Source: Geosiphon pyriformis uo1
Taxonomy: Eukaryota; Fungi; Glomeromycota
Reading direction: 5' to 3'
Assembly: GCA_016748015.1 (NCBI GenBank)
Contig: JAAOMT010000128.1
Location: 2,611,538 to 2,675,537 of the forward strand
Length of the DNA stretch: 64,000 nucleotides
The translations under genes were made by a program, and so were the position numbers. Below, piece after piece: positions 1 through 11,836 of this stretch (positions within the stretch are counted from its first letter, which is position 1; each line of letters begins with the position of its first letter). A model generated the notes under the pieces. It made no database searches, was not told where the DNA came from, and saw nothing but the letters and a program-made list of their open reading frames with translations.

Positions 1-2864
1 CTTTGTTATAATGAATATCTTGCACTAGATGCGATTTATGGTTATGTAAAAAAACTCGAAAGCTATCTTCGGACAGGGAACACGCTGAATTTGATGAAAC
101 ATAAAGGCCACATTCTCCCAGAGCTACTAAAGTAATATGATAAATAATGTCTTGTTTTTTTCCGGCATACGAAATACTTTGGAGTTCGGAAGAATTCTGC
201 TTATTACGAAATCCAGAAGATGAAACTGCACGGGAACCGTTATACTTGTCTAAAAGCCCGAGACAAGCAACTTTCACTTGTGGAACTTGATGATCAACAG
301 GAACAGGAAATGACGGGTATATATCGACTGGTGCAAAAGTTGCAATGTCAAACTTTTGGGATTCCAGATAGATGAAAAAACCAGTCTCCCTTTCAGTGAT
401 CGGAATCACTCGTAAATTCTGTTGGATATGAAAAAATACAACGAACTCAACATCCAAGCTTTGGATACTTTTGGGGAACCAGTAAATATCCATAGAGCTA
501 ATTGTGTCTATCAGAGCGTGTTGTGTGAAATTAAAAAGACCAAGAACCCCAATACAGCCATTGACATTGGAAATCTTCAGAATCTGTTCGTCCTTTGTGG
601 GATCACTGAATAAATTTCGTAATGAGGGAAGGGCTGGTCGATTAGAGCGAAGAATTCTGCTAGATAGGGGAGTTTTCGCCACTAATCTATTCAATAAATG
701 AAGATTATGCTGATTCGGCTTATCTGTAATGTATACTGGACCACCTGATATTGCACGAGCAGCAGCATGTAGATCTCCTAACATATGGTTTGATTCGAAC
801 ATATCCCTAAAATTAATAGTGGATAATTCAGTATCATTGGGGAATCGAACTTTTGAAAAAGACACTTACCAATCAGGAATACTTCCCAGGCATCGAGTCC
901 ACATATTATTTATTGCGTTTGTATAAATATGCCAAGCATGTGAATCTCGTGAGTCGGGAAAGAAATCATCACTATTTCTAAAAATATATGAAATATTTGT
1001 AGTCGACTCCAAGGTGCATCCTTTCTTGGATGGGGAACTAACTGTGGAATATTTCACATTTATATCCACCTGAAAAGAGGCTGTGCTTGTTTTCTCGATT
1101 TTTCACTTTGACGAGAATTTTGTGATTTTATAAGATGAAAGTGAATTGCAGGACTATGGGCCATACAGTATATGAGACGGGATTCAAAATATCGTGTGCT
1201 GTTCGCAAGTAAAGCCTCCTGATATTTATTTCTAAATAAGCGAAGTCGGGTTTCTCGAGTTGGCAGAAGATCAAAACTGGCCTGAGAATCAACCTTAACC
1301 AAATCGACACCCTGATCTTTCAAAAATTTGTAAAATTCGTCGTAAAATCGATAAACGTCATCTTTGCTGATAATATCTTTGCCACAATCTATCGATTCAA
1401 TCGTATATCGTGAACCCAATTCGGATTCAGGATCAATTCCATTCCAATAACCCCATAGAGAGTGCCTGCATCATTAGTAACCTCTTCAAGTAAATAGCTG
1501 TTGGTATTGTGAGGGATTCTCCGGTACATATATAAATCTTGATGCTTACCAAACACCAAAATGGTGTAAATGAGGGAACTTTTTCTTCACGTCATTAATA
1601 AAATATTTCAATCCCATTGGAAAATCATCCCTTTTAGCCTCGAACGACTGTAACTGTTTTTTTGGGGAAGTTTTTTGCCACCCATCATCTATAATAATAT
1701 ATCCAACAGATACGTTCGAATTATTCAATGACTGCAATACTTCAGTTACCGACTCATGATTAACTTTATCGTAAAACCTATTCGTCGGAGTTGTATTGTA
1801 AGTTTTATATTCATTTGAATATAATGTAATAAAAAGGAAAACTCAACTTACGCATTCCATGTACAATATCCTAATTTATCATAATAAAATAAGTCTCTGG
1901 GATGATTGGTTGATTTGATAATTGTATCCGAAGACCCGATAATTTTTTTGGCAAAATCCATACTTGAGGTGGTAAGAAAATGTGGGTCTTTTCCTCGAGC
2001 AATAACAAGGCGTGCTATCTTATCTTCACCACTTTCATTTATGGTTTTTAAAATTAAATTGCCATTTTCATCTGAGCATAATGTAGTCATAGAATTTTCA
2101 AAGGTCAAGGGAATGAGCACAATAAAATGACCACATGATTGTTGAATCAACAAATAAAGAACATCCTTGGCTTGAATATCTAATTTGTGGATTCCAGTTG
2201 TAGGAGCAATCCAATAAGGACTGTTAAGGAAATATTTTTTGAATTCTCTTACTCTGATTACAAGTAATGATAAAAATATCTGATCTACTCACGAAAATCT
2301 GTGGAGTCCTAGGTAGCGAACCATATTTTTTAGTGGACCAAAGTTTATAAATGATGGTTGTTCATGAATCCATGTTGTTGATCTTGAAACGTACCAATGG
2401 TTGGAAACATGGTGCGTAATATTTTGTTCAGCCCATGAATTTTTGTCGCAAAAAATATCTTCGAGTCGACCCTCTTCGTTTCCTTCTAAAGTCCGAGATA
2501 TGAAAACTTTTCCATTTTGGCCTTCTTTCTCACTCCACCAAATCCAGTCGGTCGAAGGTGTAGAACAAACTTTCGTTCGTCCAGTGAATTCGTACCAACC
2601 CTGTCCAAGAGAGTTTGTACTTAACTCAATCTCAAACTTCCGTAAAGTTGTACTAAAGGGACACCCAAAGACATCTGGAGTTGCGACCTCTTGCAACTCA
2701 ACCCCTGCCCAGCCGTCGGGACTAAAATTACTCCATAATTCAACGCAGAGTTTGTTTGGAAGTGCATAATTACCCTCACCACTTATCCAAGCAGTTGCTT
2801 TAAAAGGAGCTGGGAAGGCTAGAACAGAAGTAGAGGAAAGAGTAGGTTGTACGAATACTTTCAT
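1..2864 (-). CDS. Glycoside hydrolase family 36, Sip1/raffinose synthase (alkaline alpha-galactosidase-like); multi-exon, 3' end beyond the left edge
   Basis: Spliced minus-strand exons give LGYCTWNA, IIIDDGWQ, HSLWGYWNG, GVDLVKVDSQ (KxD nucleophile), YCMAH, LFR/NSDDFFP (acid/base Asp), PDWDMF and HAAARAISGGPVYITDKP. GT-AG introns are visible. The frame stays open to position 1. An alternative ATG lies at 2888. Confidence 0.9.
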
Positions 2865-3000
2865 TATCGAATTTACAATCTCTTTCATAAAAAACAATTT
2901 ATTAAAAAAGTCAAATCATGTGATATCATATATCTGAAAGCATGAGATCTGGTTATGGTAAATATTTTCGCTACGAAAATATTTTTGAAGTATCAGTGGT

Positions 3001-5200
3001 ATGGACATTTTGCGACCCCCGCACGCTGCGGCGCCTGTGGGACTCACCACTCAGGAGATAACGGGAAATGTTGCCTCGCCTGTGAGATCCTTCATCAACT
3101 TGTTTGCTGGTTTCGGCTGGCAATACGGAAGGCTTCGGCTCTGCTGGTGGGCATTCTAGACGTTCGGATGGATGTTTGTCGTCCTGTTTGGAATCCCCGC
3201 ACGCTACGACGCCTGTGGGACTCCCCACTCAGGAACAACGGCAAATGTTGGGTCCACATGCAATGATGCTTCATCACGGAAATTGGTTGAGGTAGAAAGC
3301 TGAGATTATTATTAGAAGTCCTATTTTCTCTGTTTAAAAACTAATTTTTAGATATTTAATAATAATGAATCTAATGTGATTGACAATGAGGATCTGAACG
3401 ATTCCAAAACCCACAAGAAAAAGCTCGAAGCATAGCAAATAGTGAGGAGCGACGGCGAAGAAGCGACCAACAAAATCTACACTAAAAACGGCCAGTTCAT
3501 TGTTGAGGCCATTGAATCTGTACAGAAATTACCTAATGGAGATAATAGGTTTGTGCGTAGTTACTGCTCTAAAAAACATTTTGCTTACTCACTTCCTACA
3601 AAGTTTAATGTAATAGCGTGTCTTGGATCTTCGTCCTCCGGCGCTGGTGGTGAAGGATAATTATTGTCGAGGATCTAATTTTTTGGGCGAACGTGACATG
3701 AAAATCATCAAAGAACGAGCGGCCATCGCGCTGAGCTCTTCAAACCATCAAAATCCGTTAGCACATTGATTGTTATAATACAGGAGGTAGGATTTCTTTT
3801 TTAATACATGGTAGATATAATACTGAAGTTTCTTTCATATTCATTTGTATTTTGTTGAAGCTTGACACCTGTCACCTAGCCAAACTGTGTAAACGACTGC
3901 CTATGAACGGAACTACTGGCTACTCCAGCGCCTGGCGTTGGATCTCGGCACACAGGCTGTTATACACTTTCCAATAGCATTAGAAGAATTGTTTGAAGAG
4001 GAAACTCGTACGAGTATCGAGTGTGCAAAGAACTGGAAAACTGCTGATTATGATGAAAGGATGATTTCCGAAGATTCAAAAGCTGTTGACGCGGAAGATG
4101 AAAAGGTCCAGTATGTTCTTAAAACAATAAGTGAAATGTTTGTATCAAATATATTATTCTTGTTTTGTTCTTTTTCTGTGACACTTGTTACAAAACCTAC
4201 CACAATTGACCCATACCCAGGATACTGATTATTCAGGATTTCTCAACACGGAATTGACAGAGCGTGACATCGACATTCACCTCGTCAAGCCGTTTTTGGA
4301 CATTTTGTGGAACGTCTCGCACCTTCATTAGTGAGTATGCATGGCCATTCAAGGTTAGAAATTGCTGTTGATTGTTCCTGATTCATTTCTTCCATGTAGC
4401 GGCGAAGGGGAGTCAAGAGCATCGCGGAATTGTCGCCTGGATGGAGAATGGGAGTAATACTGGTGACAGATTTGACTGGCTCATTTCTGTATGTTTCACT
4501 GTTCGTTTGCTTGTTTATACTCTACCTTTTACTAACAATACAGAATTTTTTTTATTCCCAGAGTTATGCTGTGCCCGCAGACGATGTTCGAGGTGTTGAA
4601 TTGGGTATCGTGGAAAATTCAGAGTCAAACCATGGAGATAAGATATTATAAGGGTCATCAAGACGGCCCATGATAAACTCTCGCAAATTATTCGAAGCGT
4701 AACAAGCGTGTGGGGCTCCGAACAACTTTCCGAAAAGATTACTTTTGGGATTAAGTCATTATACATTGTTGCGATTCATGTGGTAGGGTTCGAGATTCGA
4801 GCGCATTTGGTATATCATATTGGTGGCAATGTTTTGTGACAGCTGAAATCGGACATGCACGAATCTCCCACCCGATGGATTCCCTAAACGAAGCTCTCAA
4901 CATATGCCGCGCCTTGTTCTAAGGATAAAGGTGTATAAATGAGTAGGCTCGTTCTGCAATTGACCATACAATTCCTTCCAAGGCAATCGTGTCGCGGTCA
5001 ATAAAATTAGTGCGAGCATTGCTGAGAGAAGCGAATGGTTCAAAGGGGTCAACATCTGGGACCTCCAGGCTCGAACAATGTCGCGTTATGGAGATCAATA
5101 CCGTCAAGACTGCTAAACAAGCCAGACCGAAAACTCGCAAATCGGAAAAACCGCCCATAACGATAATCATCAGCAAAATTTCCAAGATACTTTATACAGC
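3001..5200 (+). pseudogene. Frameshifted pseudogene of a fungal PD-(D/E)XK-like/Crinkler-type C-terminal-domain family
   Basis: ATG at 3001, then exon-like GC/CpG-rich blocks separated by GT-AG introns. Fragments read ELTERDIDIHLVKPFLD, GEGESRASR, GDRFDW, VELGIVENS and RVIKTAHDKL...IVAIHVVGFEIRAHLVY, broken by several frameshifts and stops. The family call is by motif resemblance only. Confidence 0.5.
3016..3251 (+). repeat. Imperfect ~57-bp direct repeat, 2 copies (~3016-3073 and ~3195-3251)
   Basis: cccccgcacgctgcggcgcctgtgggactcaccactcaggagataacgggaaatgttg versus ccccgcacgctacgacgcctgtgggactccccactcaggaacaacggcaaatgttg. Both encode PHAxxPVGLxTQE. Confidence 0.85.
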
Positions 5201-7544
5201 TGAAATGTTGCTCTGGTGTCTACTGAGCGCAATTTTTTTTTGCGTGTAAAAGATTGTTAGCATCCGAATGGTGTTGATTCTATGGTGAAAGTCTTCATGG
5301 GATTGCTCATTTGGGTACCAATAAAGCCACTAGGTCTAAAAATCAGTACAAGTCCCTATATAGGCTAAGTATTCTGCTAAGTTCGTTCGATGGCAAATAG
5401 CATTATTAATATTAAATATTTACTTATTTTTAAGAAAATAAAAGAATGCATTTGACTGATTATTATGAAATTGAAAGATGTTTTTAAATAAAAATAATTT
5501 GTGAAATAGTATCAAGATTGATTTGTATGATTGATTCATTGATATAATAAAAGTCAAAACTTATTTTTTAATTTTTTTTTTAAAATTGGTCAGACAAAAT
5601 TAGAATTATTTTATTTTTAAAGAAAGAAATTTAACAATTTTTATAATATTAGCTTCATAGAGAACTTCGAAATCTATAACTATCTGTTCATTTTGAATAA
5701 ATATCCAGCCTCGATTCACGTGCCATAACACTAATGGGGTCATCTTTTTATTTATCTTTTGTTTATATTAATTTCAGGCTTTAAAATTAAACATTCTATC
5801 ATTGAAAAAATAACAAACATTATTTCAAGGATTTCTAGAATCTAAAAAATGAAAAAGGAAAGGTTCAGGTACAATCATTATACATTTTGTATACCCTCCA
5901 TCTCTAATTATGGATGTTAAAGAAAAATACAGGACACAAAAGCTTGAATTGCATTCGGCCATTGAGAAATGAGGTGCATGAACGCATTGAAAATGTTCCC
6001 AAATACTAAAGTTAGTGGTAACAAATATTGCCCAAAACAACTTGGAATCTTAAGAGGATAAAGGAATCGTCAAGTTTCATAATATTTACGGTTCAAATTT
6101 TAAATTTCACATAATGATTGATATGGCAGCTCCTGCTGAATAAAAATTTCGTGAATACAGAAGCTTTGTGTGATGCCATCATCTGTCGTTCTCTTTTGAT
6201 ATTTATTGCCACACTTATGACAAGCCCCTATCAATTAAGGCTCTTACTATTGCTGGGTTGAAAATGGTTAGACCTACGATAAAATCTTTAAACTTTCAAT
6301 TACTCCGTATGGCTGATGATTACGATTAACATTTGAGCGATGATGATGTGATTATGATTACTATTCTCGTGTTTTTAAAAACAAATGTAGTGAGAAAATT
6401 CATCATTCACACGCCACCCTGTCATTAATTCATTTTTATTCTTGCTTTATCAATTTCTTATCAAGTTAAACTGACTTTATTCTTCCCTCATGTAATTAAA
6501 ACCCCTTTTTCATACAAACTCCTTAGAAAATTACTGTCATTTAAAAATTAAAATAGAATACCACTCACTCTGCCACACTATTCATCATATTATCGATTTA
6601 CTAAACTTGATGATTTCGATATGACGTGTATTACTATTTGAGAAATCCTATTGAGTTCTCCTTTTAAGTATCATTAAGAAGTAAAAGGAAAAAAGGAAAA
6701 AGCCTGACATCAATAGGACTTGATCAGAACCATATAATAACAAAGTGGCGCGTATATCCTTCGAAAGCGGCGAAACATTCATGTATTCAGAGTTAAAATA
6801 TAATGTCATCCTACACCTTTTTTGCTGCTTCTAAAACTAAGTGCATTTCCGCCCATTCACAATTTTGATAACTTTGAATCAGTGTTGTGTCCGTAGTAAT
6901 CACTATTTATGTATATAAGTGGTCCCGTAATTATCTCCCTTTTTTTTAACCAGAAACTTTTTATCATAATTGCTATTAACCTTAAAATTTTAGTAGAAAT
7001 AAAAGGAAGCTCGTTCCCAGGCTTCCAAATTACTCTCTGTTCTTAGCCTTTTAGTTATTTATGCCCCAGTTGAGCCGGGACACCCTCTTTTTTTAATATT
7101 GAATTTATTATTATTTAATGTTATTTTGGGAATATTTAAAAATAAATGTAAGTGTTTCTTCTACCTCATGATTTTTTTTATAGGCCAGTCTTATCCAACG
7201 AGGTTTAGTGCGCTCTAAATATACCACACTGTTTAATTTGGTGTGTATGTTTGCCATGCGCAACTATTCTCTCTTTGGTCGTTCTATTGCTACTTCTTGC
7301 CACCCCCCATAACAACAAATAACCTTGGGAAACTCTTTCTCTTTTTCCCTTTATCGCTCTTTTGTTATCTTCACTAAAGTAGAAAATTTTATCGAAAATT
7401 GTTTTTCTTCCATATCTAAGTGAAAACTCCGGAGGACACAGAGGTTCAAAGGAAATTCTTAAACTTCGCGCTTAAACGTATACCTTTTTCAGTAAATAGT
7501 TTTTTTTTAAAAAAAGAGGAGCTTTTGGCCTTCCACTTATACCT

Positions 7545-7564
7545 TCTCTCTCTCTCTCTCTCTC
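7545..7564 (+). repeat. (TC)10 microsatellite upstream of Rho2
   Basis: Directly visible and followed by AG, so it may be the pyrimidine tract of a 5' UTR intron. Confidence 0.8.
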
Positions 7565-7691
7565 AGTTCCATAGTTCATTAGTCAAAAGTAGAAATACTA
7601 CGTCTTTGCCCTATTTTTTATCTTGTGTAAAACAGTTGTATAACTTTATTGTGCGTAAAAAACTTGGTATATAAAATATAAAGCAACAAAT

Positions 7692-8880
7692 ATGAGTAAT
7701 CCACCAAAGAAACATAAGGAGGTTATTCGACGTAAATTAGTGATCGTAGGCGATGGTGCCTGTGGAAAAACTTCTTTGTTATCCGTCTTCACTTTAGGTT
7801 ATTTCCCAAAGGTTTGATATTTTGTTGTAGTTTTTAATTTGAATGTTTGTCTAGACTTATGAAAAAAAGTTAAACACTAAAAATTTTTATCTTATTTATT
7901 TTTCTTTCAACTCAGGATTATGTAAGTTTCAATCTACATTACTAAATTAATAGTTTAAACGAAAATTGGAATAACGCATTAAAACATACATAGGTACCGA
8001 CCGTATTCGATAACCTGGTAACCGACATCAGAATCGATAACCGACCAGTACAGCTAGCGTTATGGGATACAGCGTATGTTAAATGGCTGAATTTTCAAAG
8101 TTTTTGAAATAAATATTTAATTCACTTGATTTACAAAATCTTGTTTTCGCAATCCGCTTCATTCAAACCTTAAGAGGGCAAGAAGAATACGAGGTGAGAA
8201 TTTGGGCTCTTGATTTAATTTCTCGTTTAATTTTGAGGTTTTTAGTGAAACTAATTATTCTTTACTATAAAATTTTTTATCTAGCGTCTGCGACCTCTTT
8301 CATATTCAAAAGCTCATGTTATCCTCATCGCATACTCCATTAATCAACCCGATTCATTGGAGAATGTGGCTGCTAAGGTGAATATTCAGATAGCCAAAAG
8401 TGTGATACCTTGAAATATATCTTACCTTGAATTATCTACTAATAATTTCAATTATGAATCCGAATTATGGCTTCATATCTGATCCAAAAAAATCAGTGGA
8501 TTGAAGAAACAAATTCATTATGCCCAGGTGTTCCGGTAATTTTAGTCGGGCTAAAAAAGGATCTAAGAGAAGATCCGGATGCAATTGAAGATATGAAAAG
8601 GAAGGGGCAAAGATTTATTGACACAAGAGAGGTATGTTTTTTCTATCAATTTTGTATTTTTAGCTCTATTTCTTTTTACCTGAAATATATTTATATTTTG
8701 TTATTGTTATCGACCACAAAGGGGGAGGAAATGGCGCAAAATATTGGGGCTCGAAAGTATCTTGAATGCTCTGCTTTGACGGGAGAGAACGTGGACGCCG
8801 TGTTTGAGGCTGCCTCACGAGCAGCTCTGCTGATTCGTGAGAAAGAACCAAACGGGAGATGTGGCTGCGTGATCCTGTAA
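7692..8880 (+). CDS. RHO2: Rho-family small GTPase, Rho2 type (7 exons)
   Basis: Exons ~7692-7811, 7916-7921, 7994-8073, 8175-8193, 8285-8377, 8497-8631 and 8722-8880. Protein reads [28 protein letters not shown] (Rho2 signature), [32 protein letters not shown], and ends in CAAX CVIL. Confidence 0.95.
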
Positions 8881-9598
8881 CATTTATCACATCAACTTCC
8901 AACCTCAATAACAACCCTCATTTGTAAACAGTTTGATGGATTTCTTTCATTCATCCACCCCTTCCCGACAAATCCTTTAATTTCTTATGGAACAAAAAGG
9001 AAGATCTTTGTATTCTTCCACCTCCTCTATATATAAATATATATATATTTTTATTATTTTTATCAAAAAGGGCTGGCGGCTACCCTCGAGTGACATCAGA
9101 TTAAGTTTTAAGGAATACGTTGATAATACATACATGAAAATTTTTTCATTGTCAGTAATCGGTTTGGTCTCACCGATTATACACTCTAAATCTCAAAAAT
9201 TTTCAAGAACCTCCTTGACATCAACCTTGATTTCATCACCATTAAATCTATTAATTCAATGCCCAAGCCCATTAGTGCTATATCATTCTTAATTCTGTTT
9301 TTTTTTAGTAATAATTCTTTTTTATTACTACAAAGGTCTATATAAACATCAAAAACTTCATTTGCTTTCAAAACCATAACACATTACACAATACTGTATT
9401 TTACAAAAATAGAGATTCTATTGATTTTGCACGATATTAATCGCTACCTATCAGCAGTAGCCAGGCTTAGAAGTTATTATTAAAATTCAGCATAGTGTAA
9501 ATCTTTAAATAAAGATAACATGAGAAAAAAAAGTATTGAAGATTAGTAGCAAAAATAAAATCATTTCATGCTTACCATAATAAGAAATCCGAAAAAGA

Positions 9599-11022
9599 TC
9601 AAGTTTCCATGAAATTTGCTTGGTCCAACTCACCTTCCTCATTCTGATCTCCGTCATCCTCTGCTTTCATTGATCGTTTACGCTTGGTGGATGAAGTTGG
9701 TTTTATCAGGCTATTATAGTCATCACGACCGAGTGTCCACATTTCATTAGGTTTCAACGAGGAAACAGGGACACTAGAAATAACAGCCTTATGTGTATCC
9801 CGTCGAGTAACTTTTATGTGATTAAATTGAATTTTTTTAGAAAAAGTTGGAAATCTTACTGCGTACGGTGTCTTATTTACTTACAAGCATGATATAAAAC
9901 TGCTCGGCAATTCGTAGAAATGCAATCTTTAGCCACAGCCTGATTCATGCCCATGATCGTACCTCTAGATCGGTGATATATGGAGATTCCAAAACTTTTA
10001 TCCCGAAAATTAGATAAACTAGAGCAACAAAAATTGATACTCACAAATTCACAATGTCATAAGGTCCTCTTAACTCCATTGCCTTTTGTGCCCCACCAGA
10101 AATTATAATATTTTTACCACGCGTCACTCGAAATAAATTCTGCGCGTTACTAATTAACTGTCGTCGTGATGTCGAGTCTATTCTGCCAAAAGATTTAAGG
10201 GTTGTAAATCCCATTTTGAATCATAAAAAACTTAATAAAATATTAGACTATTTCCCTACCTCTAATAGCAGAGGCATAACAAATCTCAAAATAAATCCCA
10301 CGATCAATTGCACTTCCAACTGTCGAGTGTTTCAGGAAAAAGGGTAGTCGTGTTCCCATGTCTAGTGATATAATATCAATCTCATAAGTGCTACATGCTG
10401 CCTGAAATAATTTCTCGTTCATTGGTTGAACTGCCAAAAGATCGTAAGTGCTAAGCGTCTGATTGGAAGCAGTCTTATAGGAATGAAAAAAAAATAACCA
10501 GGTTAGAAAAAATTCACTCAATCTTTCACGCATACTAGTTCAAAATACATCTACCAAGTTATAATTCTGAGAAGGATCATCAATTATTATGGTTAAACGG
10601 GTCATCTGTTGAATTGATGGTTTCTCCTGAAACCTTGATGGAGTTGCGGTAGATGAAGGAGCTTCATGGGTTTCTATTTTTTGTATTGGATTCGTAATCT
10701 AAATCAAATACGTTGATATTAGTTAATTGAAGAATGACTATTCAGATGTATACTAATATTCACCCACTTTTGCAGATTTTTTCCCAGTAAGAATATGATT
10801 AAAAGCAACAACTTGATAACCAACTTATGGCACATAGATAATAAAGTGATAACAAGGTTGAAAAGCCCATTGAAAAACACGGTTAAAAGGACTAAAGGTT
10901 CTTAACAGGTACTTTTGAACCTACCTACATTTGATTAATAGGTCGATGCTCTTCCGAAGTTCAAGATTATGACCTGTCCCGCTGCTGAGGTTAGGATAGG
11001 GGAGGTTCAAGTCGTAAAACAT
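9599..11022 (-). CDS. RPP30: RNase P/MRP protein subunit p30 (Rpp1/Rpp30), multi-exon
   Basis: Starts MFYDLNLPY and contains GYQVVAFNH, QMTRLTIIIDD, YDLLAVQP, IDIISLD, RGIYFEICY, TRGKNIIISGGA and LRGPYDIVN. Stop TGA at 9599-9601. Confidence 0.92.
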
Positions 11023-11836
11023 TATGTTAGATTTTAGACTTTGATTAAAATGTTCAATTTTTAACACACTATTATACTAGATGATTTTAATTATCAATTA
11101 AAAAAGAAAATTATTAAATTGTTTAAATATAATATTGCTTAGTTTCTTAACTATTGACTTAAAAAACATTTATTCTAAATTTTTTATACATATTTGTATT
11201 TAAAATCAAGATTAATATTTACAAAATTATAATTTTCAATTAAGGATGTCAAAGTAAATTGTAATTTTGAAGTTTCAAGATTATAATCATAAGAAATATT
11301 ATTTTAAAAAAGAAAAACTCAATTTTTTTAATAACTATTTTTATTAAGTAAAGAAATTAAATATTATATATAATCTCATAACTGTTTTAATTTATTTTTA
11401 ATTGATACTTTAATTAATTTAAAATTTTATAGACGTATATATTGATATAAGTTTAACATGTAGAAAGCGGATGAGTCACCATATGCAAGATAATTGTAAA
11501 TATTTGGCTTTTTCAATTTTACAAATGTGAATGATGAAAAAAATAATATATCAATCAGATTTTTGGTATCATCATTTGATCTAGACTTTATACATTATTA
11601 CGCATTATAATTAACAGCAAGAATGTGAACAATATTTTTCGAGCTTCAAAACTAGCCATTTCCAATTTAAGGTTGTCAAACGAAAGTGAACTCTCAAGCC
11701 TTTAGCACCACGAATTAAAGAATTTTCACGTTTGTCCTTCTGCTTTCTCTTGTGAATTTCGGTGTCTAATGCTCTTTAAACAGTTATCGTGTCTAACTAC
11801 TATTACTCCTAAACGAAAAGTAGCATTCTAAATTAA

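Noticed and set aside
422-2769. Plus-strand ORFs overlapping the GH36 gene
   Set aside because: These are antisense shadow ORFs of real minus-strand exons.
5300-7690. ncRNA or gene in the long intergenic region upstream of Rho2
   Set aside because: No tRNA, snRNA or snoRNA motifs and no convincing coding signal. It is consistent with a promoter and long 5' UTR.
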